Source: Oikopleura dioica (taxonomy: Eukaryota; Animalia; Chordata). From it: a stretch of DNA of 64,000 nucleotides. Where the stretch lies: positions 3,720,001 to 3,784,000 of the forward strand of contig OU015567.1 in the NCBI GenBank assembly GCA_907165135.1, read 5' to 3'. Under the pieces are notes generated by a model that ran no database searches, was not told the DNA's origin, and was given only the letters and a program-made list of their open reading frames with translations. Made by a program: the position numbers and the translations under genes. Shown one piece after another: positions 50,224 through 62,040 of the stretch; the first letter of the stretch is position 1, and each line of letters starts with the position of its first letter.

Positions 50224-52453
50224 CTCGCTTTTTAAAGCTGAAAATTTAATTCGAAACTACCGATTTGTATCAATTTTGAGGCCGAAAGATGATCCGAAAA
50301 TGAGCGAGCTCGGGAATGTTTAATTACTTTTTCGTTGAAACGGATAAGTATCGAAAAAGAGCGTAATTTCTCTCGCTTTGCACTTGACAGCTTTGCCTTT
50401 GAAGAATTGTCAAGAGCTCTTCCGGCTCACTTTCACTCATTTTTAGGCAGATTTAGTGAGCAGTGAAAAGACAATCAAATTTTACTCTTCTGAAAAACCG
50501 GACTCAGGGTCCTGTTTTTTGGAAACTTAGGAAGAAAACCTGAGTCAGGGTCTGAAATTTTTCAGACCTCGAAATTAACGGGTTTTCTCAGGCTTTTACA
50601 CAGGTTACCCTGATAAAAGTCAGTTTTCACTGATAACTTATCAGTAACTGTTGAAGATAAGAAAGTTCTTTCTTTTCCGGAAGTGAGAACCCGGAGAGCC
50701 CCTTGATCCGGCTGACGCGAGATTTGAGCTGTAAAGACCCGAAAGTCTGATTTTTAGCACTTTTCCATTTTTGGGTTATGTCAATTGACTTTCCGGGTGG
50801 ACATTTGACGGCAGTCCGAAAGAACAAATCTCGTTGATATCGCGATTTCCCAAGCGAAGATTCGAAGATTTTGAAAAAAAAAATTAAAAATATTTTTTGT
50901 TATTGACTTTTTTACTTCGTCTTTTTGAAGCCCTAGACGAAGAAAATGGTTTCGTACACGCCATACAGAGGTAAAAAAATAACGATAGAAAGAGTTGAAT
51001 AAGCGACCTTCGTAAAAACGATGAGTAAAAAACGATCAAAGCCGAGAATGACTCGTATTTCCCGAAAACTCATTTTTACAATTTTCGTGATTCTTTCTTG
51101 TTCAGTTAAATTATATATTCATAAACTGAGCTCAACTTTTCTTACTTTCGAGTTCCAGAGGCCGGTTAGAATCTTATCGTTTTGGGAATACATTTTTTCT
51201 CACGCCAAATTGAGAGAGTCCAGAATTCCCGACGAAAAAGAGAATGCAAGAGAAAAAATGGGGGTTTCTTTTTGAATCTTTTTTCATAGAAATTTATTGT
51301 TAATTTTTAACATAAAATAGTTTCTCCTGCAATAATGGGTCATTTACACCAAGGCGCGATTGCTCAGGGAGATATCAAAAAAAGGGATGACGAGGCGCCG
51401 CACTTGCTCCCGGGCAAGGCGACAGGACAGAGGGTACTCTTCACAATCTCCTCAATCCCTTTCTCCCTGTGTGCAAGTGGCAATGAGTAAGCTCTCTATT
51501 TTTGCGCGGCCGAGCATTAGCAGCTCCTCTCGCCCTTGTAGCCCAGTCAGATATGAAAGAGATATTTTTCTTTCTACTCATTTTATTTTCCTTTCTACCG
51601 AAGAGATTTGGGCACAACTCGAAATTTTCAACTTGCGCCGTGTTGAACTCAAAAATCGACGTTGAAAAGCTCACTCAACAACGAAAAAATGATGCAATGA
51701 AAAATTGAAGATATTTAACTCGTCAATAACCCCTCGGCCGCAAAGTGCCGGAAAATAGAAAATAGGGCAGAAGGGGCCAATAAGAAGTTTGCACGAAATT
51801 TGCTATTGCGCGCTAATGGGTTAAAATATAAAAGGGTGTTGAACTTTGAAAGTTCAAATATTATTGATAAACCTCTTCTGACAAATGAGTCAATTACTTG
51901 GTATTTCATTCATTTAATCAATATCCAGGAAACTAACAGATTTAATGCCAATAACTTGAAGTTTGAGAACTGTTCTATGGTTTCTGGTCATTTTATGAGG
52001 ACTGAAAGTTATCATTTTCAATTATATCATTTTCAAAAGTATTTGGAGAATCCTTTCCTATTTTCTCCGAAATGCTAAATCTCCCGAAATCCACACCGGC
52101 TCCAAAAATCACGCAAGATCGGCTGCTTCGTTCAGCCTGAGTTCACCTCAATACGAGGCCACTTGTTTTAAGAATGTGATTTTTCTCGTGCAAAATCGCC
52201 ACCTGAAAAAAGAAAGAAGAAAAAGAGTGAACTTTTTGTTTACAAAATTGCCCGAATTTCATTTTTTCCGAGCTTTTCTTTTTTGCTGATTTTGAGAAAG
52301 GTTTCTTTTACGAGAAGGTTCCTGCCGGGTTAAATTATGTAACGCTTTTTCCGAGAGCCAGCTGTTGTCGAAATTTTTAAAATTTTTAACCTGATTGAAT
52401 CTAACAGTCGTTTTATTTCAGATCACTCGGATCGTGTGGGATTGGAATTGGAA

Positions 52454-55400
52454 ATGGATCCCGTGAATGAATATGGTAAGTTTGCCTCTTTAATCTTCAA
52501 GTAACGGGGAACGATGTGTTGAAAATTGAAATTAAGGATACCCCGCTGAGGAAGATCGTAAGTAAAGATTTTACGCGTGATTCATATTTTTGAATTTAAC
52601 CAAAAGTTTGATCTTGCAATTAACTCATTTTTTATTGAAGTGATAATTTTAAAATTAATTATTTGCCATATTTTTCTCATGCAACGAATATGAAATCAAC
52701 CCGACAATCAAAATCTGTCATGATAAACTTTTAAAAGATTATTTCCGGGATCATTAACTCGCTACTATCTACCGGTATCTATTTATTCCGTCACTTATCT
52801 GAAGACACTTGCTCCTTTAGGAGCTGAAGCTCGATTATTATCTCAGATAATTTATCTGGCAATTACTATTACTCCTATCCGCCCGTGTTTTGAGCTTCAA
52901 GAGCGCTTTTTTTCTGAAAAGAGGATGATCCGCTACGAGCCCAGCTCAGGGCGAAATTGGACGCTTCAGAGAGAATCTTTAAATACTAGAAATTCGGGCT
53001 ATAAACAGATAAAGGCTTCAAAATGAACTTCTGTTAATTCTTCATTTTGAACAAAATTGAACAAGAACAAAATGTCGATTTTTTGACAGACCGGAAACAC
53101 GACAATAAAAACTTGACTTATTCATTTCCCCGTTCAAAGTTTGAAAGGTGCCAGTCTGGGCTCCTTTGAAAAGGTTTTCCGGTTTTTGAGAAAATCTATT
53201 TTTGTTCATTTTGAAACCTTTGTCGAGTCGAGTTATTATCGGAGCAGATCGCCCCATGCTGTTGTAGAGAGGACTAGAATTGTTCATTACTGCCAGAAAA
53301 CAGAGAGTTTTCCCAAAAGAGGAAAAGTACCTGAAGGTTAGTTCTTTATATTGTTTTCTTTCTGAGCGAATAAGATTGCTCGATTTACGGGATAAACCAA
53401 TAAGAATTGAGAAATTTTGGAAGGGCTGAATTCGAATCTGAATTTCATCAGAACTGACTAACAACTGAATTATTCGCGTTTTTTGTCGAAAAAATCACCT
53501 CTCCGGCTTAACGCGTGTGCCCAACAATGGCAGGAATGCGCCGCGGGCCCTTTGTCAGGACGCATCTTTCATGAACCGTTTCTAAGTGATGTCTGTCCAT
53601 TCTGCTTCTTTTTTTTCTCCAGTTTGTGGACTAGAGTCTAGCCCTTCTAGTAGCCCCTTTTTTGAAAAATCAAATAGGGCGTGGGAAATTAGCAGAAAAG
53701 AAAATCACTTGATAGAAGGAAAACTTTTTCAAGAGGATTTTCTTTGTCTTCAAGAAAAACTTTTTTTACCGAAAACGAATTTCAACCAGATTTGTTCATA
53801 AGAGAAAGGAGTTTTCCGGAAAAATGAGACGAGGTAAATTTTCAATAGGGTTAGGGTTAGTGTTAATTTTTAATTGACTGTCAGACAGAGCCAGATATAA
53901 TCAGAGGGGTTAAATATTTCTCCAGTTGATGGTCAGTAAAATTGAGCAGCGACAAGTAAATGACTCGATAATTGGATTTAAAATCGATCGAGCTCAGAAT
54001 TCGCTGAGTTTTAACGGAAGAAGTAATTGACCTATGATGAGTTGACCACTTATGTTTTCGGTAGTAGCTCAATTAAGAGTATTCCTCTTTTATTTCAATG
54101 AGTCAAAATGATGAGTCTACTAGTTATAGTAGAAGCCAATTAGAATGTTCCTTTCTTCATATAAACCATAGTTTTTTCCTTGGTTTTCTCTCTTAGGCTC
54201 GTTTTTGAGTGATGCAAAAAGTATTTTTCACATGTCAGTGTGTCCAAGTTTCTTGTTTTCTGATGCCCCTGTTTGATGTGTAGTCGCCCCTTCCACTACT
54301 TTTTCGCCTCTACTAGACAACTCTCTATCTTGCGAATTATTTACTTATTAAAAAACTATTACTTTGAGCAGCAATTTTGAGCTAAAAGAGTAGAGAATCC
54401 TGGGAGCGCGGAGAAGTGACACACTTAGCCTCAAACAACTGAAGTGAGGCTTTCGCATTTTCAAGGAGCTGAGTTTCAAGACAAAAGACAAAAAGTCGTT
54501 GATTTCTTAAAGTTTTTAATTATCATCGCTTTTTGGATATTTTCGCCGGTTCGAAAATGGCGAGTCCGAAAAGTGAGAGACTTCAAAGACGCCGTTGGAG
54601 CTATGCTTACGGTAGGAGATGCCTAGGTCTCTTCCTTGTCTCCAAGGGGTTTACTTCGGTTTAACCCGTTCATTCAGTTGAAAAGGCTTGGAATTGTCGC
54701 TCAAAATTGATTTTCTTTTGAGAGTTTTTGTTGACAAAAGCATAGGAATCAGTGATAAGCCCTCTGACTTCTGATCTTTTGCAAATAGAATGAAGGATTT
54801 AATGGATTTCCAGCAGTTTGATTTTTTGTCAAATCAGCTTCAGATGATTGATAAGTTGATTTTTTCCGTTTCAAATGCAGTAAAATTATCATGGCCATCT
54901 TTAATTACCTTTTAACCTTTCATAAAATCCTCATTCAAGGATTTTGCTTTCATTTTTTATTGAATTTTTCATTGAGAAATCAATGTCTCTTAACATTTTT
55001 TCTTCCTCAATTAATCAAATTATTATTTTTTTTTTCTCTCACGTTTTGAAAAAAAACTCTCACTTTCATCTGCGCCGCGAAATCAGCGCCAAGTGCATTC
55101 ATGGGGAAATAAAGCAAGTTTATGATGCGCTCTTATTGCGCGTCTGTGACTTGGTTTGTGTGACGATTTGCCACATTTTTCGGCTTCTCGAAATAACTTA
55201 CCCCTTTTTCGCTTTGATTTATCTTTGCTTGTAGCTTACATGCAGCAGGAAGAGGACTGGGATCGAGAGGGCCTTCTCGACCCTGCATGGGAAAAGCAGC
55301 AGCGAAAGGTACAGTACCGAAGATTCAAGAGAAACACGCTGGCTCTTTTTAGACCTTCACAGCTTGGTGCAATTCCCACCTTCGAAAAGCTGGAACTGGC

Positions 55401-58400
55401 ATCGAAGCCATCGATGTCGACTTCCGAAATGGCCTCAAATTGATGCTTCTCCTCGAGGTACGAATTTTGCTTCCCTTTTTTGACTTCAACTGCCGCTTTT
55501 TAGGTTATCTCTGGTGAGCGACTTGCCAAGCCCGACCGAGGAAAGATGCGATTCCACAAGATCGCCAACGTCAACAAGGCTCTTGACTTCATCGAATCCA
55601 AAGGTACCTCCTTCAAATAATCAATCACCACCTTCATCAATCAATCAGGTGTTCGATTGGTCTCCATCGGTGCCGAGGAAATCGTCGACGGCAACGTCAA
55701 GATGACCCTTGGTATGATCTGGACCATCATTCTCCGATTCGCCATCCAGGACATTTCTGTTGAAGAAACTTCCGCCAAGGAAGGTCTCCTTCTCTGGTGC
55801 CAGCGAAAGACTGCGCCATATAAGAACGTCAATGTACAGAACTTCCACATGAGGTACAAGAGTATTTCAATATGAAATGATATTTGCATGATACATTATT
55901 GCAGGCTATGGCAGGATTTTATACAATAAAAGCTGCACGCGGCTTTTTGTCCAAAAAGATGATAAAAACTTGAACAAGTTTCTTTCACAAAATTCTATCA
56001 CCAAAGACTGTTGCATAACCACTTGATTTATAGCTGGAAGGACGGTTTGGCCTTCTGTGGTTTAATCCACCGCCACCGACCTGACCTCATCCCCAACTTC
56101 CACGAGTTGCGACGGGTAAACATATTTTTCACACACATTTTGCCTCTTTCACTTTGCTTTTCCACGATGCGTGAATATTGAAAAGAGTATTTTTTATATA
56201 AAACATGCACTCTTAACCTCACATTTAACCACGACCACATTTTATGCACGCAAAAACAGAACATCCCTTCTTCGTATTGCCAGAACAGAATACGGAGGGG
56301 ATGCTCTGGATCCATGTTTTGTGTGTTCGATTTGCTAACCACCTCGTCTTTCTAGCTGGAAAGATGGACTCGCTTTCTGCGCCTTAATTCACAGACACAG
56401 ACCTGACATTCTGCCGAATTATGATGACCTCAGAAAGGTACTACCAGAATCCGATGACCAAATAGTACCCTGAGGCCACCCTAATCAAATCAGCTCCATC
56501 ACCTTTCATAAGAAAAATAAAGAGGGGTAACCTCTTTCAGTCACAATCTTTGCCGAATTTCTGAATATGTTTTCAAAATCGAGAAGCTGTTTGTGATTGC
56601 AAGTAAACTAAATACCGCGCTAACCGCGGCTATTCTCTTTGCTCGAAGCCGCAAGCAGCTTTTCGATTTTTAAAACTGCTTCGGAATTTCCGGCAAAGAA
56701 AATCAAAAGCGAAAAAGCTGAGTGAAAACTTTTGCGATTGGTTTGCTTCATCAAAAAGTGAAATTTTGATCGAAAAATCTCACCTATTCACCTTGCCTTT
56801 CTACAAATTTTACAAAAATCTCAGGATGATCCTATGACCAACCTTAACTTGGCCTTCGATATCGCTGAGAAGCACCTTGACATTCCAAAGATGTTGGACG
56901 CTGAAGGTAAGTTTCAAGTTTTTTCATGTTTTGGTCCCCTTTTGGACATTTTGTGCGAGCGTGAGTTAACATTCGATTTGCCGTGTAGATCTCGTCGAGG
57001 TCGCCAAGCCCGATGAGCGTGCTGTCATGACATACGTTTCCTGCTACTACCATGCTTTCAGTGGACAACAAAAGGTTAATCCCTCAATTTTAATACGTAT
57101 TTTCATCGTTTGCTTCTCTTCTACTTATACTTTCCTCTCTATTTTCCCTTTTCTTTCTCAATCTTTCTTTCTCCGCCAGATCTCGTCGAAGTCGCTAAGC
57201 CCGACGAGCGATCTATCATGACCTACGTCGCTGCCTTCTACCACGCGTTTGCTGGTGACCAAAAGGTTCAGTTTTGATTTCTTTGATTTGAATTGAAAAA
57301 CACAATCGTTTTGTGGATCATTCTTAAATTCTTAATAACGCAGCTCTTCTGCGTTTCGGTTCGATCTTTTCTCATCTTTAGCTTTCTTTCTTTTTCTTCA
57401 TCTTTTTCTGTCTCTTTCTTCCAGTAGTAAACGGCTTTCTAGGCCGAGACCGCCGCCAACAGAATCCTCAAAGTCCTCGACGTCAACCAGGCCAATGAGA
57501 AGCTCATGGACGAGTACGAGCGATTGGCATCTGACCTCCTCGCCTGGATCGAGCGAACTCGACCCACCCTTGAGGACCGAACCGTTGAGAACCAGATGTC
57601 CGACGTCCAGGCTCGACTTGACCAGTTCCGCGACTACCGACGCAACCAGAAGCCCCCACGATCCGACCAGAAGGGTGAGCTCGAATCGAGCTACAACACT
57701 CTCCAGACTCGATTGAGACTTGCCAATCGACCCGCTTTCGTCCCCTCCGAGGGCAAAATGGTCTCCGACATCGCTTCCGCCTGGAAGGGACTCGAAGCCG
57801 CTGAGAAGGGCTACGAAGAGTGGCTCATCGCCGAGCTCCGACGACTCGAGCGACTCGACCATTTGGCCAAAAAGTTCTACCACAAATCGCAGATCCACCA
57901 GAGCTGGACCGCCGGCAAAGAAGAAACCCTCAAGTCCGAGGACTACCGATCCTGCACCCTTTCCGAGCTCAAGGCCCTCATCAAGAAACACGAAGCCTTC
58001 GAATCCGACCTCGCCGCTCACCAGGACCGAGTCGAGCAAATCGCCGCTATCGCCCAGGAATTGAACGATCTTGACTACCACGACTGCGCCACGATCAACC
58101 AGAAATGCCAGGACATTTGCGACGAGTGGGACAGATTGGGAGAAGTTACCCAGCGACGACGACAGTCCCTTGAAAATATGGAAAAGATCTTGGACACCAT
58201 TGAACAGCTCTACCTCGGTAAGATTAGCCTCCTCTTGCACTAATTAGAGCTTTTCTTAGAATTTGCCAAGCGAGCCGCCCCATTCAACAACTGGATGGAA
58301 GGCGCCAAGGAAGATCTCGAAGACATGTTCATCGTCCACTCCATCGAAGAAATCAAGGGCCTTATCCAGGCTCACGAGCAGTTCAAGGCTACCCTCCCCG

Positions 58401-60492
58401 AGGCCCAGAAAGAAAAGGATAACATCATCGGCCTCATGCGGGAAGCTTCCAAGATCGCCCGACAGGTATTTTGACTCTTGGCTTGATCAGTTTTCTTACT
58501 TTTAAGAACGAAATGAAAACAGTGGTATGTTATAAGACATAGGTGTAGATCAATCGATCTGGTTAAAAAATGAATCAATTTTTATCATTTCTATAGAAAT
58601 CAAAAAGTATAATTTATACTCATGTAGGTGATAAAAAACAAGAGGTTCAATCATTGTTAATCTTTTAAGATACGTCATATCTGTACGGTTCATGAGTTGG
58701 TACACACGCTTAAAACAGAGCTTACTCTCTATCTACTCTCGTAAATCCTTCTCACTAGCTCCTCATCCAAAGATTTACTCATCAAGATAGCTCATTGGCA
58801 CCCTCTTCATTTTCCCTTCGATCATCATTTTTTCAGTACGGCGTTGAGCTCGGAGTCAACCCCTACACAACAGTCTCCGCCGACAGCATCGAAGCCGCAT
58901 GGAACGCCGTCGTCAACTACATTCCCCGACGAGACAGCTCGCTCCAGCTCGAGCTCGCCAAGCAGCAGCACCACAACCAGCTCAGAATCAAGTTTGCCCA
59001 GCAGGCCAATGCCATCGGCCCATGGATCCAGCAGAAAACAGAAGAAATTGTCGGCGTCGCACTTGAGATGGACGGCACTCTTGAGCAGCAGATCCAGAAG
59101 TTGAAGTCCTATCAGACTGCCGTTGAAGGTTACAGGAATGGATTCAGATATGATTGATTCTTTAGAGTTTGCCTCTCTAAGGGGCTTCTCGATGTTCGCC
59201 GTCTCCTTCATTTTCAAATCCATTCAAAAGACCAAAGGTCGAGGAGCTCGCTCACCACCACCAGGAAATCCAGGAAGCCCTTGTCTTCGATAACCCACAC
59301 ACCAACTACACCATGGAGCACATCCACGTCGGTATGGAGCATCTCCGAACCACTATTGCTCGAACTATCAACGAAATCGAAAACCAGGTGCTTCACCCCT
59401 GCAAAAGCGGTTTTAACTCGACTACCATTTAGATCATGATGCGAGACGCCAAGGGTCTTTCCGCCGAACAGATGAACGAGTTCCGTGCTTCCTTCAACCA
59501 CTTCGATCGCGTACGTATTCGTGGATTGCAAATGAACCCGTGTTACAACTTGCTTTTTATAGGACCAAGACGGTATTTGTACTATTGAGGAATTACAGGG
59601 CTGTCTGACCGCAATTGGACACATTGTCGAGTCCAATGACCCCGTCAAAGTAGGAGACTTTTCTCTCTATCTTGCTCCTCCTCTATTTCCTCCTCGCTTT
59701 TTCTTTCAAACTTCCCTTAAATTATTTCTCTAATATCTTTCTATAGAAGAAGAAGGGCTACCTCGAGCCCGATGACTTCGCTGCTGTCCTCATTTCTATG
59801 GGCTACCAGCTTGTAAGCTGCGTTTTTCGAGTGTTTGTGTGGATTTAAACCCATTCAAGAGCTGTTTGACGCGACTAACATAATATTTACTCATTGAATC
59901 TGCGGATATATTCGCATAAGAAAGCCGCTTGCGGCTTCTGGATTTTTTCTCCTTCTCATCATTTCTAACTCCATTCCTTCTTCACTTTGCTTTTCTACCT
60001 TCTTCGGCTTTCCCGAGCCCTTTTCTTTACCATTTTAAGGGTGAAGCTGAGTTCCAGAGAATCCTTGCCATTGTCGACCCCACTGGAACTGGCCAGGTAA
60101 GTTTCTATCCATCTTTCAATCTCTTCAAAAACCAACCAAGGTGACTTTCCGATCCTTCATCGAGTTCATGACTCGAGAAACGACAGACAACGACACCGCC
60201 GAGCAGGTCATTGAGTCCTTCCGTGTTCTTGCTGGTGACAAGGTATGCTAAACCCTACCAGAAGAAACGCTAACTGCCGTTCTTTTCAGCCCTACATTCT
60301 TGAAGAAGAACTCAGACGCGAACTTCCTCCAGACCAGGCTGAATACTGTATCCAGAGAATGAGCCCATACCGCGGAGCCGATGTTCCACAGGTACAATCC
60401 TTAGGCCGCACATTTTCTTATCCTATCAATTCTAGGGCGCTCTGGACTACGAATCCTTCTCCACGGCGCTGTATGGCGAGTCCGATCTGTAA
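52454..60492 (+). CDS. ACTN: Alpha-actinin, with two alternative first exons and three duplicated exon pairs
   Basis: [24 protein letters not shown]|[14 protein letters not shown]1/CH2, spectrin repeats, EF-hands, LYGESDL*. Confidence 0.98.
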
Positions 60493-62040
60493 AAATTGCC
60501 CCGTTCTGAAAAGAGTTCTCAAAAAAAAACAAAAAACATCAAAAAATTCACCAGATAAAGAAAGAGATGAGAAAAGCAACACGAAGAGAAAGAACACCTC
60601 ATCCCTCCTTTTCGCCCTGTTCCACAACTACAAAAACTACGATCACAAAAAGAAAAAACTGACAATGACAGTGATTGCGTTACCTATTATTTTTATTAAT
60701 AATAATTATTTACTATTCTACTTCTTGAACAAAAAAAGTATGGCCTTTGCCAGCATGTGCACATTCTTATTCTTATCATTATTTTTAGAACTTACCTAAA
60801 CAAGAAAGAAAAAAAAAATAACTCACAACTCAAAAAACTGAAAGCTTCAAAATAGCACAAATACCCAACTTATCTCTTCTTTTTTATTTCTCACTGTACT
60901 TTAAATTTTACCTATTTACTGCAACTTCACATCGAAAACAAAGTCACTTCTTTTCACAAAAAGAACACACACACACTCTCACACACAATTTTCACGAAAA
61001 ATACTCCTTCTTTACTTCTTGTTTTGTATAATTTATAAAGAAAAATATTAATGATAAAAAGTTACTTCTTGATTTCTTTCAATTGTTGAGTTTTGCATGC
61101 GTCTTGGAAGATTTTGAAAGCGTAAATTGATTTGGGAATCCCGAATTGGGATCCTCGAGCAAATGAAATTAGAATAAGAACTGGCATGTTCTCTGAAACG
61201 TTGTTTGAAATTTCTTATTTTTCTGAAACCGTAAAATGGTTTTTTCTTGGAAACATTTATCATTTCTCGTGTTGGGGAATGCAGTAGCGATGGTGGTCGT
61301 TGTTTTACTTTAGAAACTTAGAAGGAACAACATATATGATCATATTTTTTGCCGCCTCAAAGGAGGCCCTTTCCTTGAAATTCGACCATGTTAGCTGCAG
61401 CTTCTTTCCGCGGCTGTTTTCGCTTTCAAAATCTTTCCAAGACTAATCGACTAATTCATCTTTTATATTGTTATTTTCGTTACAATCAAACAACCAATTT
61501 TGTTTTTTATGCAACAAGCAGCATAAACTTCCCGTTTTAGTTAAATTCTAGTCACATTTTGTTGTTTCAAATATCTGATATCTTCTAGCATTGTTTCAAG
61601 CATCCAACTCCTTTCCCAGCATTCGACAATTCTTATCATTCATCCAGCTTATCACTTGAGGCCCCTTCACATGTTTCCAAGCATTTATTATTAATATTAC
61701 CTAACTAAAACTAGTCCCCAGCAAGTTTAACCAGTTTCGCACATGTTTCCGATTATTCCTTGTCAACTTCTATTCCTAGTGCCAAAAATCAGGCAATATG
61801 AATGCCCCAAAGTAAGAATCCAACTTGAAAACAAAAATCAATATTCTACTTTACGAAAAAAGTATTTCGACAATTCCTTTTAAAAAATTGCTTCTTGACA
61901 ATCAAAGATAATAAAATATTTTTTGGCTTCTTAAATTTCTTTTACCGATCAAAGCGCGGCTTTTTTGCTCTCAGCCGCAAGCGGCTTCTTGCTTTTCGTC
62001 TATGTAGAGACTTGTTTAACCATTTTCAGCGGTGTAAAAG

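Noticed and set aside
51338-51575. Minus-strand frame ...CTQGERD-TGA-GDCEEY..., a possible UxxC selenoprotein
   Set aside because: No start codon or family match and no SECIS recognised. A canonical plus-strand intron (GTAAG...TTAG, 51487-51520) lies within it, so an antisense coincidence is more likely.
58670-58699. 30-nt AG/GT-flanked micro-exon candidate ([10 protein letters not shown]) in an alpha-actinin intron
   Set aside because: No similarity to a spectrin repeat and no other support.
57398-59223. Long minus-strand ORFs (280 aa, 132 aa) over alpha-actinin, and similar shadows over copine, ITIH-C and the 681-aa exon
   Set aside because: Antisense frames kept open by biased codon usage of the real gene.
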